Source: a virus. From it: 64,000 nt of DNA. Position 1 is the first letter of the stretch, and every line of letters begins with the position of its first letter. The stretch lies in IMG/VR virus record IMGVR_UViG_3300033144_006696, positions 32,001-96,000 of that record. One strand, given 5' to 3'. Positions 9,282 through 18,525 of this stretch are shown here, one piece after another. The position numbers were made by a program, and so were the translations under genes. The notes under the pieces are model-generated. The model did no database searches. It was not told the origin of the DNA and saw nothing but the letters and a program-made list of their open reading frames with translations.

Positions 9282-9953
9282 TTAAGTAGGATATCCTCCA
9301 TACATAATATCATTTTTTAACTCATTTACTTCTTCAAAAATCACAATTTCTTCTGGGATTCTTTTTAATATGTTTGTTTGAAACCACCAAGAATGATCAA
9401 GTAAATAACCCCCACTTATATTTCCTAATTTGCAGTATTTTAAATTAATTTTATTCTCCGAACAATATCTCATAGAAATAATCTTTCTCCATTCATTAAA
9501 CCTAATTATGCCAAATGAACAAAAATAAGCTGGAGTTATTACTTTTGGATTTATAAATCCATGTGGGTGTATTATGGTATCAGAAGAAATCCAATTATCT
9601 ATATTGAAAAAATATTTAACAGTTTCTGTATCCAATTGCATAAAGTAAGGTATTCTGATAACTTTAATTCCCATCATTGAGTATACTTTATCTTTTTTAA
9701 TATCAGCTAATATTGTTTTTGGATTAGTAAAATGTCCGTATCCATCAAATTCTATAATTAATTGTAATTTTTTACAGTAATAGTCAGGCCTATTTAGTAT
9801 GTTAGATTCTGGAACTTTTCTATCATGCACAAAATCATACCCAGGAAAAATTGTTTTTAAATGCACCCCTAATGATTTTTCATTTAAAAATGGTATGTTT
9901 TTTACATCTGCCAATGAAGTATCTGAATTTATCCCTTTTGCATATTTAGTCAT
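9282..9953 (-). CDS. PD-(D/E)XK endonuclease (DUF559/Vsr-like)
   Basis: RPDYYCKKLQLIIEFDGYGHF..D..KD..Y...GIKVIRIPYF motif. Confidence 0.7.
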   Translation of the reverse strand: MTKYAKGINSDTSLADVKNIPFLNEKSLGVHLKTIFPGYDFVHDRKVPESNILNRPDYYCKKLQLIIEFDGYGHFTNPKTILADIKKDKVYSMMGIKVIRIPYFMQLDTETVKYFFNIDNWISSDTIIHPHGFINPKVITPAYFCSFGIIRFNEWRKIISMRYCSENKINLKYCKLGNISGGYLLDHSWWFQTNILKRIPEEIVIFEEVNELKNDIMYGGYPT

Positions 9954-10092
9954 TTTTTTCTCCCTTTTCTTTAAATTCTGTTAATACCTTCCTCATTAAT
10001 TCTGATTTATTCATTTTCCTTTTCTCAGCTTCTTTTTTAAACCAATCATCAATTATTGGATTTATTCTTATTGTTGCTATTACTTTTCTCAT
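9946..10092 (-). CDS. Ribbon-helix-helix (CopG/Arc-like) protein, 48 aa, not in the ORF track
   Basis: Translated by hand: MRKVIATIRINPIIDDWFKKEAEKRKMNKSELMRKVLTEFKEKGEKND; SD AAGGAG; its stop overlaps the nuclease start. Confidence 0.75.
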   Translation of the reverse strand: MRKVIATIRINPIIDDWFKKEAEKRKMNKSELMRKVLTEFKEKGEKND

Positions 10093-10144
10093 GTTTTCTC
10101 CTTTTATAAATGTAATTGATATGTGTGTTAATTAACATACGACT

Positions 10145-10173
10145 AACGTACACTAAATTATATCGTTTGTCAA
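10145..10173 (-). promoter_or_regulatory. sigma70-type promoter of the RHH-nuclease cassette
   Basis: TTGACA-N17-TACGTT on the minus strand. Confidence 0.55.
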
Positions 10174-10299
10174 TAGAAAAATTGATTGTTTTTTTATATT
10201 TTCTGTGTTATTGTTTTATGGGTAATTTAATATAGTCTGGTAAGAAAAAGAAACAAGAAATAACTTACTGGATCAACTCACATAAAAGAAGGAAATACA

Positions 10300-10722
10300 A
10301 TGAAAAAGCAAAAACTCAACTTAGATCTTGAAGCATTATTCCCCGGTTCAGCCCTCCCCATCGGAAATGAATCAATCATTATCCGTCCCTTGAATATTGA
10401 ACAACTTGCCATTCTTTCAAAAAAAGCTTCTTGCATTGGCTCCATTCTTGTTGAGAAAGGAATCACTTTTGAAAACTTCAATACTCCTATAAATCTTTTT
10501 CAACTTGCTGTTATTTCTTTAGAAAATATTCCTGATGTACTTGCAGAAGCTGCCAATGTAGAAATGGACACTCTTAAAAAACTTCCTATTGAAATCATTG
10601 TACAAATCATTGAAAAGATCATCTCTGAAAATATGAAATCCAAAGAGGTACTGGAAAAAAACTTCAAGAGCTTGATCGAGAAATTTCAAACTCAACCTCT
10701 TCCGACTCAAAAGAAGAAATAG
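10300..10722 (+). CDS. Tail assembly chaperone (G)
   Basis: Between tail tube and tape measure; contains slippery heptamer A AAA AAC at 10656-10662. Confidence 0.75.
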   Translation: MKKQKLNLDLEALFPGSALPIGNESIIIRPLNIEQLAILSKKASCIGSILVEKGITFENFNTPINLFQLAVISLENIPDVLAEAANVEMDTLKKLPIEIIVQIIEKIISENMKSKEVLEKNFKSLIEKFQTQPLPTQKKK

Positions 10723-11033
10723 AGACTGATATCTCATTTGCTGTTCAGACATTGGTTTCAAATGGACATCATTGGTCAAGCATAAAATCATATACATTGT
10801 CAGAAATAGGTTCTTTTTTTAAAGTTGTGGTAATTCAAGAAAGAAATAAGAAAGCTCAGAATATTTCAGATTCATGGCAAGCAAATAATTTAACTTTAGA
10901 AGGATTACAGCAGGTTTTAGGTTCTTTGGGATCTCATTCAAACCTTGGTAAGAAGGAAACAGGACCACCTCCAAAAGAAGTCCAAAAAGATTGGAGTAGA
11001 TTGGCTTCATTTATGTCTAAACATCAAGGATAA
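10656..11033 (+). CDS. Tail chaperone GT extension via programmed -1 frameshift
   Basis: The -1 frame from A AAA AAC is open: KKLQELDREISNSTSSDSKEEIETDISFAVQTLVSNGHHWSSIKSYTL..., joining ORF 10752-11033. Confidence 0.75.
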   Translation, partial: KKLQELDREISNSTSSDSKEEIETDISFAVQTLVSNGHHWSSIKSYTLSEIGSFFKVVVIQERNKKAQNISDSWQANNLTLEGLQQVLGSLGSHSNLGKKETGPPPKEVQKDWSRLASFMSKHQG

Positions 11034-11048
11034 GTAAAGGAAATTGAT

Positions 11049-14000
11049 ATGGCTGATACTAAAAGAACAGCAGAGATTGTTTTAAAAATAACTGGTTTTG
11101 ATCCTGCATTATTGAAACCCCTTATTTCTGCTTTTGAAGGCATATCAAAAGCAGTTGATAATGTAGCCACAAAAGTTAAGTCATTCCAAGATACACTAAC
11201 AACCATTAAAACCCCCGCATCTCTGAATACAATCGTTAAGCATTTTCAATCTCTTGAAGCAATTAAACTTCATGCAATTGGCACTTTTGTTAATAATCTC
11301 AAAAAAATAAATGATGTTAATGCTACTGGTTTTAAAACCTTTGTCACTCAGATGACAAAATTAGCAGGACTCACAATTCCATCTTTGTTAGCTTTTAAAA
11401 ATAATATCACAGCATTAAATAAAATAAAAAAATTACCTGATTTAACACCTTTTGCAACTGCACTTAAAAGTTTATCTGGTATTGGTAATATTACAGTCCT
11501 TACATCTTTTGTCACTCAAATGACAAAATTAGCAAGGCTTACAATTCCTAGTTTTACAAAGTTTGTAACTGACCTTAAAAATCTTGTTAAAGTAGATTTA
11601 ACTGGAGTTGTTGCTAATTTAAAAGCTTTTAATAATGCAATAGTGAAGCTTGAAAAGGCTGGGAGTCTTGATGCATTCAAAAAACTTGCAACTGACGTAA
11701 ACAGCTTAAAAACAGCTTTAGCAGGGGTTGCTGCTGATGTTAATAAGACAGCTAAAGCTGTAAGCAATGCAGGAAAGAGATCCAGAGAGGCTTCTATTGG
11801 TCTTACAGGATTTACAGAGAAACTGAAATCTTTTGTAGAAAAATTCAGAACAGTTGCAACTTTTAGAAGTATATCTGAAGTAATATTACTAGTAAAAGCA
11901 GCATTCATTAGTGGCTTAGCTGCAATTATTGAATATGATCAAGCTTTAAAAGATCTCCAAGCGATTACTGGAGCAACATCTCTTGAAGTTTCTCAAATGG
12001 GTACTAAAATTCTTGAAGTTGCTTCCTCCACAAAATTCTCTGCTTCAGAAATTGCAGAAGGAATGAGAGTTATTGGTCAGGCTGGTTTTTCTGCAAGTGA
12101 TGCTATTCAGACAATGCAATCTATATCAGATCTTGCAACTGGAACTTTATCAACAATGGCTTCAACAGTTGATTTGGTTACAACTGCAATGAGAGTATTC
12201 CAGATAGATGCTTCACAATCTTCTCAGATAGTTGATGTTTTTGCCAATGCAGTAAATAAATCAAAACTCACTATTGATAAATTACGTACAGCAATGAATT
12301 ATGTTGGTCCAATTGCCAAAGCATCTGGAATTGATTTTAAAGAATTATCTGCTGCAATGGGCACTTTGGCTAATTCAGGATTACGTGCCTCTACAATGGG
12401 TACTGGACTTAGACGTATATTTGCTGAATTAGTAAGTCCTTCTAAATCTTTAAGGGTGGCAGCTAAAGAAGCTGGTGTGGCATTAAATGAATTAGATCCA
12501 ACTTCAAATAGTTTAGCCTCTGTATTGGGTAATTTACGATTAGTTTTAGATGATTCAAGTGCTGCATTTGATATTTTTGGGAAGCGTGGCGCTGCTGCTG
12601 TTTTAGCTTTGGTAGGAAATAAGGGTGATTTCAGGACTATGCTTGACACAGTTAGTAAGACTGGAACTGCTGCAAAAATGGCAGCAATTCAAATGGAAGG
12701 TCTTGGCGTATCTTTTAAGAATTTACGAGATAGATTGGGTGTTTTAGCAATTGCATTTGGTGAAGGTGGAATTTCAGGAGCAATGCGTGTTTTTATTACT
12801 GTGGTTAAAGGATTAATAATATCATTAACCTATCTTGCAGAAACAACTTTTGGAAAAATGGTAATAGGTCTAGGTATATTAGTTACTTCCATTACGGCAG
12901 TTTCTTTAGCTTTTGTGGGATTAAAAGCTGCTACAAATTTTATTGTAATGCATTCTGCAATTAAACTCCTTGTTGCTGAATGGGCTTCCGCTGCTTTATT
13001 TTTTGAAACTTCTATGAGTGGTTTATTTGCTATTGTGATAAAAAACCCAATTATTTTAGCAATAATTGGTACAGTTGCTGCATTGGCAGGAATAGCAGCA
13101 GTTATTAATCATACAATTGGTAATACTAAGGAATTAGCTGGCGAAGCTGCAAAATTGGCAGATAAGTATGGGACTTTAACAGACACAGTAAATAATTACA
13201 AAATAAGTTTAATTGGATTAGATAAAGGCTCAAAGGAAGTAAAAGAAGCAAATCTTGCTTTACGAAATAGTTTATTAGTTACTAAAAATGAATTTATTGA
13301 ATTAAATGCAGAAGCTCTTGCTGTAGTTGCAAGTATAAATGCTATAGATGGTTCTGTTACTGATGGTGGAAAAGCTTTAGATATTTATGCAGATAAATTA
13401 AATGTATTACAAAAAAATAAATTGGTTACAAGTACAGAACTTGCAAATAAATCATTACAAGAACAAACTGGATTGATTAGTCAGCTAGGAAATAAATTTT
13501 CTGATCTTGGCAAAATGATTTTCATGGCTAGTTCTGAATTAGAAGCTTTTAAAGCTAAACAAAAAGAAATTAATGAATATTCAGATCTTTTATCAAAAGG
13601 ATTTGATAAATCAGGTATAAGTTTTGAGGATCTTGGCAATAAAATTCTTTCATGGGATCATACAAAATTAACAAGTCAGCAAGAAGAGATAATTAGAAGT
13701 TATGAATTTATAAATGAACAATCTAGTAAATATGTTGATTGGTTAGTTAAAACTAACCAAGTTGGGTTAGATAATACAGTACAAAGTTTTCAAGATTTAG
13801 CGGAAGATGCAGGTTTAACTGGTGTTGCTTTAACATCTGTTGTTGAAAAACTCACAGCATTTAAAAAGGTTTCTGCTGAAGGATTTTCAAATAGAATAGA
13901 AAAATGGGAAAAAGATATCAAAAATGCAGATGGAAGTTTAAAAGATTACATTGCAACATATTTAAAATTAAATGGTGCCGCAACAGACGCTGAGAAAATA

Positions 14001-16313
14001 GAAGCTAATGCCATCAAAACTGAACAAGCTAATTTTATTTTAAAATTAAATCAAGCAAAAGAATTAAAGCAAGCTGAGATTGCCAATGGCGTTTCTAAAA
14101 AAGATGCTGCTGAAAAATATTATGCCACTGAACGAAAATTAATTGAAGGATCTGTTGATGTAGGAAAACATGCTGCTGAATCAAGACTCATCCAAAATGC
14201 TGCAATGCTTGCCAAATTAACTTCAGACACACAAAATGAATTAGATAAAAAAGCTGAACAATACAAAGGTAATGCAGATTTAATAGAGAAGTATCATAGT
14301 GAAATTAGAATAAAGTTTAGGGCAAAAGAAGCAGAGTTACTAGCTGGCACATTTGTAGATGAGAAAGTCCGAGAAGCTGAGTATAAAACTCATCTAAATA
14401 GATTGAAAACTGACCATTCAAAGTATATAAATGAATTGGCAATTCAGGAATCTCAAGGTCTTATTACAAACAAAGAATTTAACAGATTGAAATTAGAAGA
14501 TAATGTTAAATTAAACCAAGAATTATTAGATCTTGCAGTAGCACATACTGATGCAATTAAAGAAGAAGACACAGTAAAATGGGAAAAAAGTAATGCTGCA
14601 CAATTAAAAGCAGAACAAAATCTTTACAAATCAAAATTAGCAATGACTGTTGCTTATAACAAAGAAGTGGTTAATCTGAATAAAGATATCACTGATGCTG
14701 ATGAAGATTATAAAAAGAAAAGAATAAAGATAGAAGAAGATCTTAGGAACAAACTTAAGTCAATTGATAAAGAAATTGTAGATAATAGAAAAGCTCTTGC
14801 TGCTGAAACTGCATCTGATGAAATTGATTTAGCTGAAAAAGCAAATGTCAAATGGCGTGAAAGTAATGACATTAAATCAGGTGGTGATAGAGATAGAATT
14901 AAAGCATATGATAAAATTAAACAGGCAAGTGAATTATTACATCAAGCTGAAGCGGAAGGTGATGAAGGAAAATTAGCAAATGCTTTAAAGTTAATTAAAC
15001 AGTCAGAAACTCTTGCTGATGGATTAGATAATCAAACTCAATCTGCGGCTGCTTTGAGAGAAGTTCTAAAAGCCACATCAAAAGCAAGAGATGTTAAATA
15101 TGAAATTAAAGAACTGGAACTTCTTAAAAAGAAAAATGAGGAAATTGCAGATGCTGCCGCAGATCAAGCAAAAGAAAAAGAACTATATAAGGTTAAAATA
15201 ACTGAAGCCACTAAAGCATTAAAAATTATCACTAATCTTGAAAAAATCAGATATGATGCAGAAATTGCACACATAAATGCTGCAAATGCTTTAAAGATTA
15301 AGAATGAACGATTGAGGGCTGAGTATGCTGCTCTTGGAGAGGATTTTTACCTAACTGAAGCACAATACATTGCTGCAAGAGGTGTTGAGTTAGCAAAGCA
15401 AAGCAAAACAGAAATACAAGCTTCTACGGAACTTCTTGAAGCAGAGAAACAAAAAGCACAAATTAAAAGAGATGCTGCTGATTATGTTGCTTCTGGTGGA
15501 TCTATGAGTGAAGAAGAATACATCAAAAGTACAACAGAGGCTTTAAAAACAAAACATAACCAAGTAATGGCTGATACTAAGACTGAAGCTGATGCCATAA
15601 ATAAAATTGCAGAAGATAATAAACCAATTGAAATTATTGATCTAACTGATCTTGGCTTTACTGTACAAAAAGCTGAAGAAATTATAAAAAGAGGAATTAC
15701 AGAAGATGATCTTCAGTTAATGATAAGTGCAAAAATGAGAGTCAATCCTGAAGGCTCTGTTCCAGAAATGGTTGAATGGACAAAAAACAAAATTAATGAA
15801 ATTACAGAAAATGTGATTGATGTTTTGATTAATATTATTGGGATTGATAAAATAGATGATCTCAAAAATAAAATAGATAGTTTAAAAGATAAAACAGTCA
15901 CTATTACTACAAAATATAAATCAACAGGTGATAAACCTTCCGGATACGCTACAGGTGGTAGACTTCCTGGATTTGGCGGTGGTGATAGAATACCAATTCT
16001 TGGTGAAGCAGGTGAATGGATAATAAATAAACTTGCTGTTCAAAAATATGGTGATAGCTTTTTATCTAAATTGAATAATATGAGTCTTCCTAAATTTCAA
16101 AATGGTGGTTCAATATCACCATCTGTTTCTACAACATCTAATATTTCCAATGTGATAAATAAAACAGGATCGGATATTTTTTCAAAGATAAATGATTTTG
16201 GTAAAATTATTCTTGATACTGGTAATATGAAAGTTCCTGTTATTGCACATAAGAGTGTAATAACAGAATTAAGTAGTCATTTAAGAAAATCTTCATTAAT
16301 GGGGGTTAATTAA
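11049..16313 (+). CDS. Tape measure protein (TP901-family core)
   Basis: 1754 aa; STKFSASEIAEGMRVIGQAGF..GLRASTMGTGLR core, hydrophobic segment, long coiled coil, C-terminal GYATGGRLPG..DRIPILGEAGEWII motif. Confidence 0.92.
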   Translation: MADTKRTAEIVLKITGFDPALLKPLISAFEGISKAVDNVATKVKSFQDTLTTIKTPASLNTIVKHFQSLEAIKLHAIGTFVNNLKKINDVNATGFKTFVTQMTKLAGLTIPSLLAFKNNITALNKIKKLPDLTPFATALKSLSGIGNITVLTSFVTQMTKLARLTIPSFTKFVTDLKNLVKVDLTGVVANLKAFNNAIVKLEKAGSLDAFKKLATDVNSLKTALAGVAADVNKTAKAVSNAGKRSREASIGLTGFTEKLKSFVEKFRTVATFRSISEVILLVKAAFISGLAAIIEYDQALKDLQAITGATSLEVSQMGTKILEVASSTKFSASEIAEGMRVIGQAGFSASDAIQTMQSISDLATGTLSTMASTVDLVTTAMRVFQIDASQSSQIVDVFANAVNKSKLTIDKLRTAMNYVGPIAKASGIDFKELSAAMGTLANSGLRASTMGTGLRRIFAELVSPSKSLRVAAKEAGVALNELDPTSNSLASVLGNLRLVLDDSSAAFDIFGKRGAAAVLALVGNKGDFRTMLDTVSKTGTAAKMAAIQMEGLGVSFKNLRDRLGVLAIAFGEGGISGAMRVFITVVKGLIISLTYLAETTFGKMVIGLGILVTSITAVSLAFVGLKAATNFIVMHSAIKLLVAEWASAALFFETSMSGLFAIVIKNPIILAIIGTVAALAGIAAVINHTIGNTKELAGEAAKLADKYGTLTDTVNNYKISLIGLDKGSKEVKEANLALRNSLLVTKNEFIELNAEALAVVASINAIDGSVTDGGKALDIYADKLNVLQKNKLVTSTELANKSLQEQTGLISQLGNKFSDLGKMIFMASSELEAFKAKQKEINEYSDLLSKGFDKSGISFEDLGNKILSWDHTKLTSQQEEIIRSYEFINEQSSKYVDWLVKTNQVGLDNTVQSFQDLAEDAGLTGVALTSVVEKLTAFKKVSAEGFSNRIEKWEKDIKNADGSLKDYIATYLKLNGAATDAEKIEANAIKTEQANFILKLNQAKELKQAEIANGVSKKDAAEKYYATERKLIEGSVDVGKHAAESRLIQNAAMLAKLTSDTQNELDKKAEQYKGNADLIEKYHSEIRIKFRAKEAELLAGTFVDEKVREAEYKTHLNRLKTDHSKYINELAIQESQGLITNKEFNRLKLEDNVKLNQELLDLAVAHTDAIKEEDTVKWEKSNAAQLKAEQNLYKSKLAMTVAYNKEVVNLNKDITDADEDYKKKRIKIEEDLRNKLKSIDKEIVDNRKALAAETASDEIDLAEKANVKWRESNDIKSGGDRDRIKAYDKIKQASELLHQAEAEGDEGKLANALKLIKQSETLADGLDNQTQSAAALREVLKATSKARDVKYEIKELELLKKKNEEIADAAADQAKEKELYKVKITEATKALKIITNLEKIRYDAEIAHINAANALKIKNERLRAEYAALGEDFYLTEAQYIAARGVELAKQSKTEIQASTELLEAEKQKAQIKRDAADYVASGGSMSEEEYIKSTTEALKTKHNQVMADTKTEADAINKIAEDNKPIEIIDLTDLGFTVQKAEEIIKRGITEDDLQLMISAKMRVNPEGSVPEMVEWTKNKINEITENVIDVLINIIGIDKIDDLKNKIDSLKDKTVTITTKYKSTGDKPSGYATGGRLPGFGGGDRIPILGEAGEWIINKLAVQKYGDSFLSKLNNMSLPKFQNGGSISPSVSTTSNISNVINKTGSDIFSKINDFGKIILDTGNMKVPVIAHKSVITELSSHLRKSSLMGVN

Positions 16314-16690
16314 TGAGTGTTTTAATAGATTCAATTGATGTTACTGGATTAATAAAGGAGGATTTATTTCCTACTGGTATTCAAACTGTTTCTGAAATTT
16401 CCAGTGCAGGTTCTCAAATTATATATGAACGACCAATATTGTTTTTCCAATCTGATTTATTAGGAGGTGCTGATTTTGGATGGTTAACATTATCTGTTAT
16501 GGAAAGTTTACAAGTTCTTGCTAAAGTGATAGGTGCTTCATATGTACTTAATTATGAAGGTACTTTAACCAATGTTAGATTTAGAACTGAAGAACCTCCA
16601 GTAGTGTATGGAGAAAAATTGATAAATCGCTCTAATCAGATTACTTCTGATTATTATAACAATATTGTTTTAAAATTAATGGAGGTTTAA
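16313..16690 (+). CDS. Putative distal tail protein
   Basis: Translationally coupled to the tape measure gene. Confidence 0.5.
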   Translation: MSVLIDSIDVTGLIKEDLFPTGIQTVSEISSAGSQIIYERPILFFQSDLLGGADFGWLTLSVMESLQVLAKVIGASYVLNYEGTLTNVRFRTEEPPVVYGEKLINRSNQITSDYYNNIVLKLMEV

Positions 16691-16692
16691 AA

Positions 16693-18135
16693 ATGACTAT
16701 TTCTTTAACTGATATTACTTACAAGAAATCAAAGGTTATTACTGATACTACTGCTAATGGTGGAAGAATGGGAGATACCACTGTAGTTTCTGGTGCTAAA
16801 CATTCTCTTTTTCCAAGGGTAACTAAATCAGAAAGAATAAATGGAACTACAAGATATAGAAAAGAATTCTGGAAAAATGCCCAAGCAGACGATGATATAG
16901 CATATGGTGTTCTTCAGTGGATTGAAGTCCCAAGTAATGCTGGTGATCGTTTTTATATGAAAAAAGGAACTTCTATTGATACTCAAAATGGATTAACAAC
17001 TCCCGCTGCTGGAACTGTTCACCAATGGATTGGGGGTGGTCAATTAGAAACTGCTCTTTCTGGGTCTGAAACTTCTGTTGCTATTACAATGGAAAGTGAT
17101 GATTATGTTTTTGAAAATGGTGCATATCTTCATATTGCAGACAAAGTACAAGCTTCTCAAACTGTAGCTGCTGATGTAGTTGTTGGGGATTCTATTACTT
17201 TTGGAACTTCTTGGACAAAAATCACTTCAACAACTGATATCACATATCCGAATGGGGTTTATATTGGTGATAATGCTGTCCTTTCTTTGAAAACGACAAC
17301 AAATGAAGAATGGCTTACTATTGCTGAAAATCTTTATTCTGATGAAAGTATTAGTACTGGAGATGGGACAACTGAAGTTGTTCTTTCAACTTTAACTAAT
17401 AAGACAAATGGAATTTGTCAAGTTGTTGGGAAACTCCCTGTAATATCTTCTTTAACGGCTGCTGACGCTGCGTTGACAGTCTATTTGAATCAAGATGGCA
17501 CTGTTATCACTGCCACAAGTGATGCAAGTGCTGGAGAGCTTAATATGACAACGGGTGTTTGGACTACTGATATTACTTGGACAAGTGCTCCTGGTGCTGG
17601 AAAAGATGTCACATGTACTTATCAAGAGAAACCTTATTCTTATAGTGGTAATGTTGCTACAGTAGCTTTGGATGATCAAGTTGCAAATGTTTATACTACT
17701 GCTATGACCCGATGCTCTGCATGTCTTTATAATGCTGAAATAGTTTCCAGTGTCGATAGTCAAGTTGTCACAACTGTTGGTGATGGTGATTTTGATTATA
17801 CTACTTACCCGATTGTTGCTCATAATGAAGGTGCTGAACAAGATACTATTACAATAACTTTTAGTAGTGGTTCTGCTTTTGCTGTTGTCGGAACAAATCT
17901 TGGTGCGATTACAACTGGAACTACTTCTGTTGATGTTACTGCTGTAAATCCAGATACCAGTGAAGATTTATTTTTTCTTGATGCTACTGGATGGTCTGGA
18001 ACATGGGCTTCTGGGGATACTTTAGTTTTTGAACTTTATGAATCAGCTCAAAGTGTTTGGCTTAAAGAAGTGGTTCCTGTTTCTACTACACAAGAACCAC
18101 ATAATCTTTGTGTAATTGGTTTTTATCTTGAGTAA
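16693..18135 (+). CDS. Tail tip/structural protein
   Basis: 480 aa, Thr-rich and beta-rich; ANGGRMG..LFPRVTKSER..RYRKEF N-terminus typical of tail genes after the TMP. Confidence 0.55.
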   Translation: MTISLTDITYKKSKVITDTTANGGRMGDTTVVSGAKHSLFPRVTKSERINGTTRYRKEFWKNAQADDDIAYGVLQWIEVPSNAGDRFYMKKGTSIDTQNGLTTPAAGTVHQWIGGGQLETALSGSETSVAITMESDDYVFENGAYLHIADKVQASQTVAADVVVGDSITFGTSWTKITSTTDITYPNGVYIGDNAVLSLKTTTNEEWLTIAENLYSDESISTGDGTTEVVLSTLTNKTNGICQVVGKLPVISSLTAADAALTVYLNQDGTVITATSDASAGELNMTTGVWTTDITWTSAPGAGKDVTCTYQEKPYSYSGNVATVALDDQVANVYTTAMTRCSACLYNAEIVSSVDSQVVTTVGDGDFDYTTYPIVAHNEGAEQDTITITFSSGSAFAVVGTNLGAITTGTTSVDVTAVNPDTSEDLFFLDATGWSGTWASGDTLVFELYESAQSVWLKEVVPVSTTQEPHNLCVIGFYLE

Positions 18136-18181
18136 TTATATTAGAGAGATGGGCAGTTTAATTACTGCCCATAAATAAATT

Positions 18182-18475
18182 ATGGCTTTGGGTAAAATAA
18201 AATTTACTATTGATAATACAAAAGTAAACTCAATATTAACTGATTTTCCAGTCATGGTTCAATTATTCAGTTTTATTGGAACGGGTACTTATAATGGTAC
18301 GCAAATTTTTATTGATCTAACATCAAATTGGTAAAAAATAAAGTTTACAAATCTTAGTGGCACTGAACTTTATGTAGAGAAAGAAAAGTGGGATGATATT
18401 GGAAAAGAAGTTGCTTTTCATGTAAAAATAGATTTCATATTGAGTTCTATAAATACCATTTTTTATCTTGAGTAA
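18182..18475 (+). pseudogene. DUF2341-like remnant with in-frame TAA and truncation
   Basis: MALGKIKFTIDNTKVNSILTDFPVMVQL...NW*KIKFTNLSGTELYVEKEKWD...FHVKI...TIFYLE*; internal stop at 18332-18334. Confidence 0.6.
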
Positions 18476-18525
18476 CAATAAATGAGGGTAAAACCCTCCT
18501 TATTTTTTATAATATTGGAGATAAA

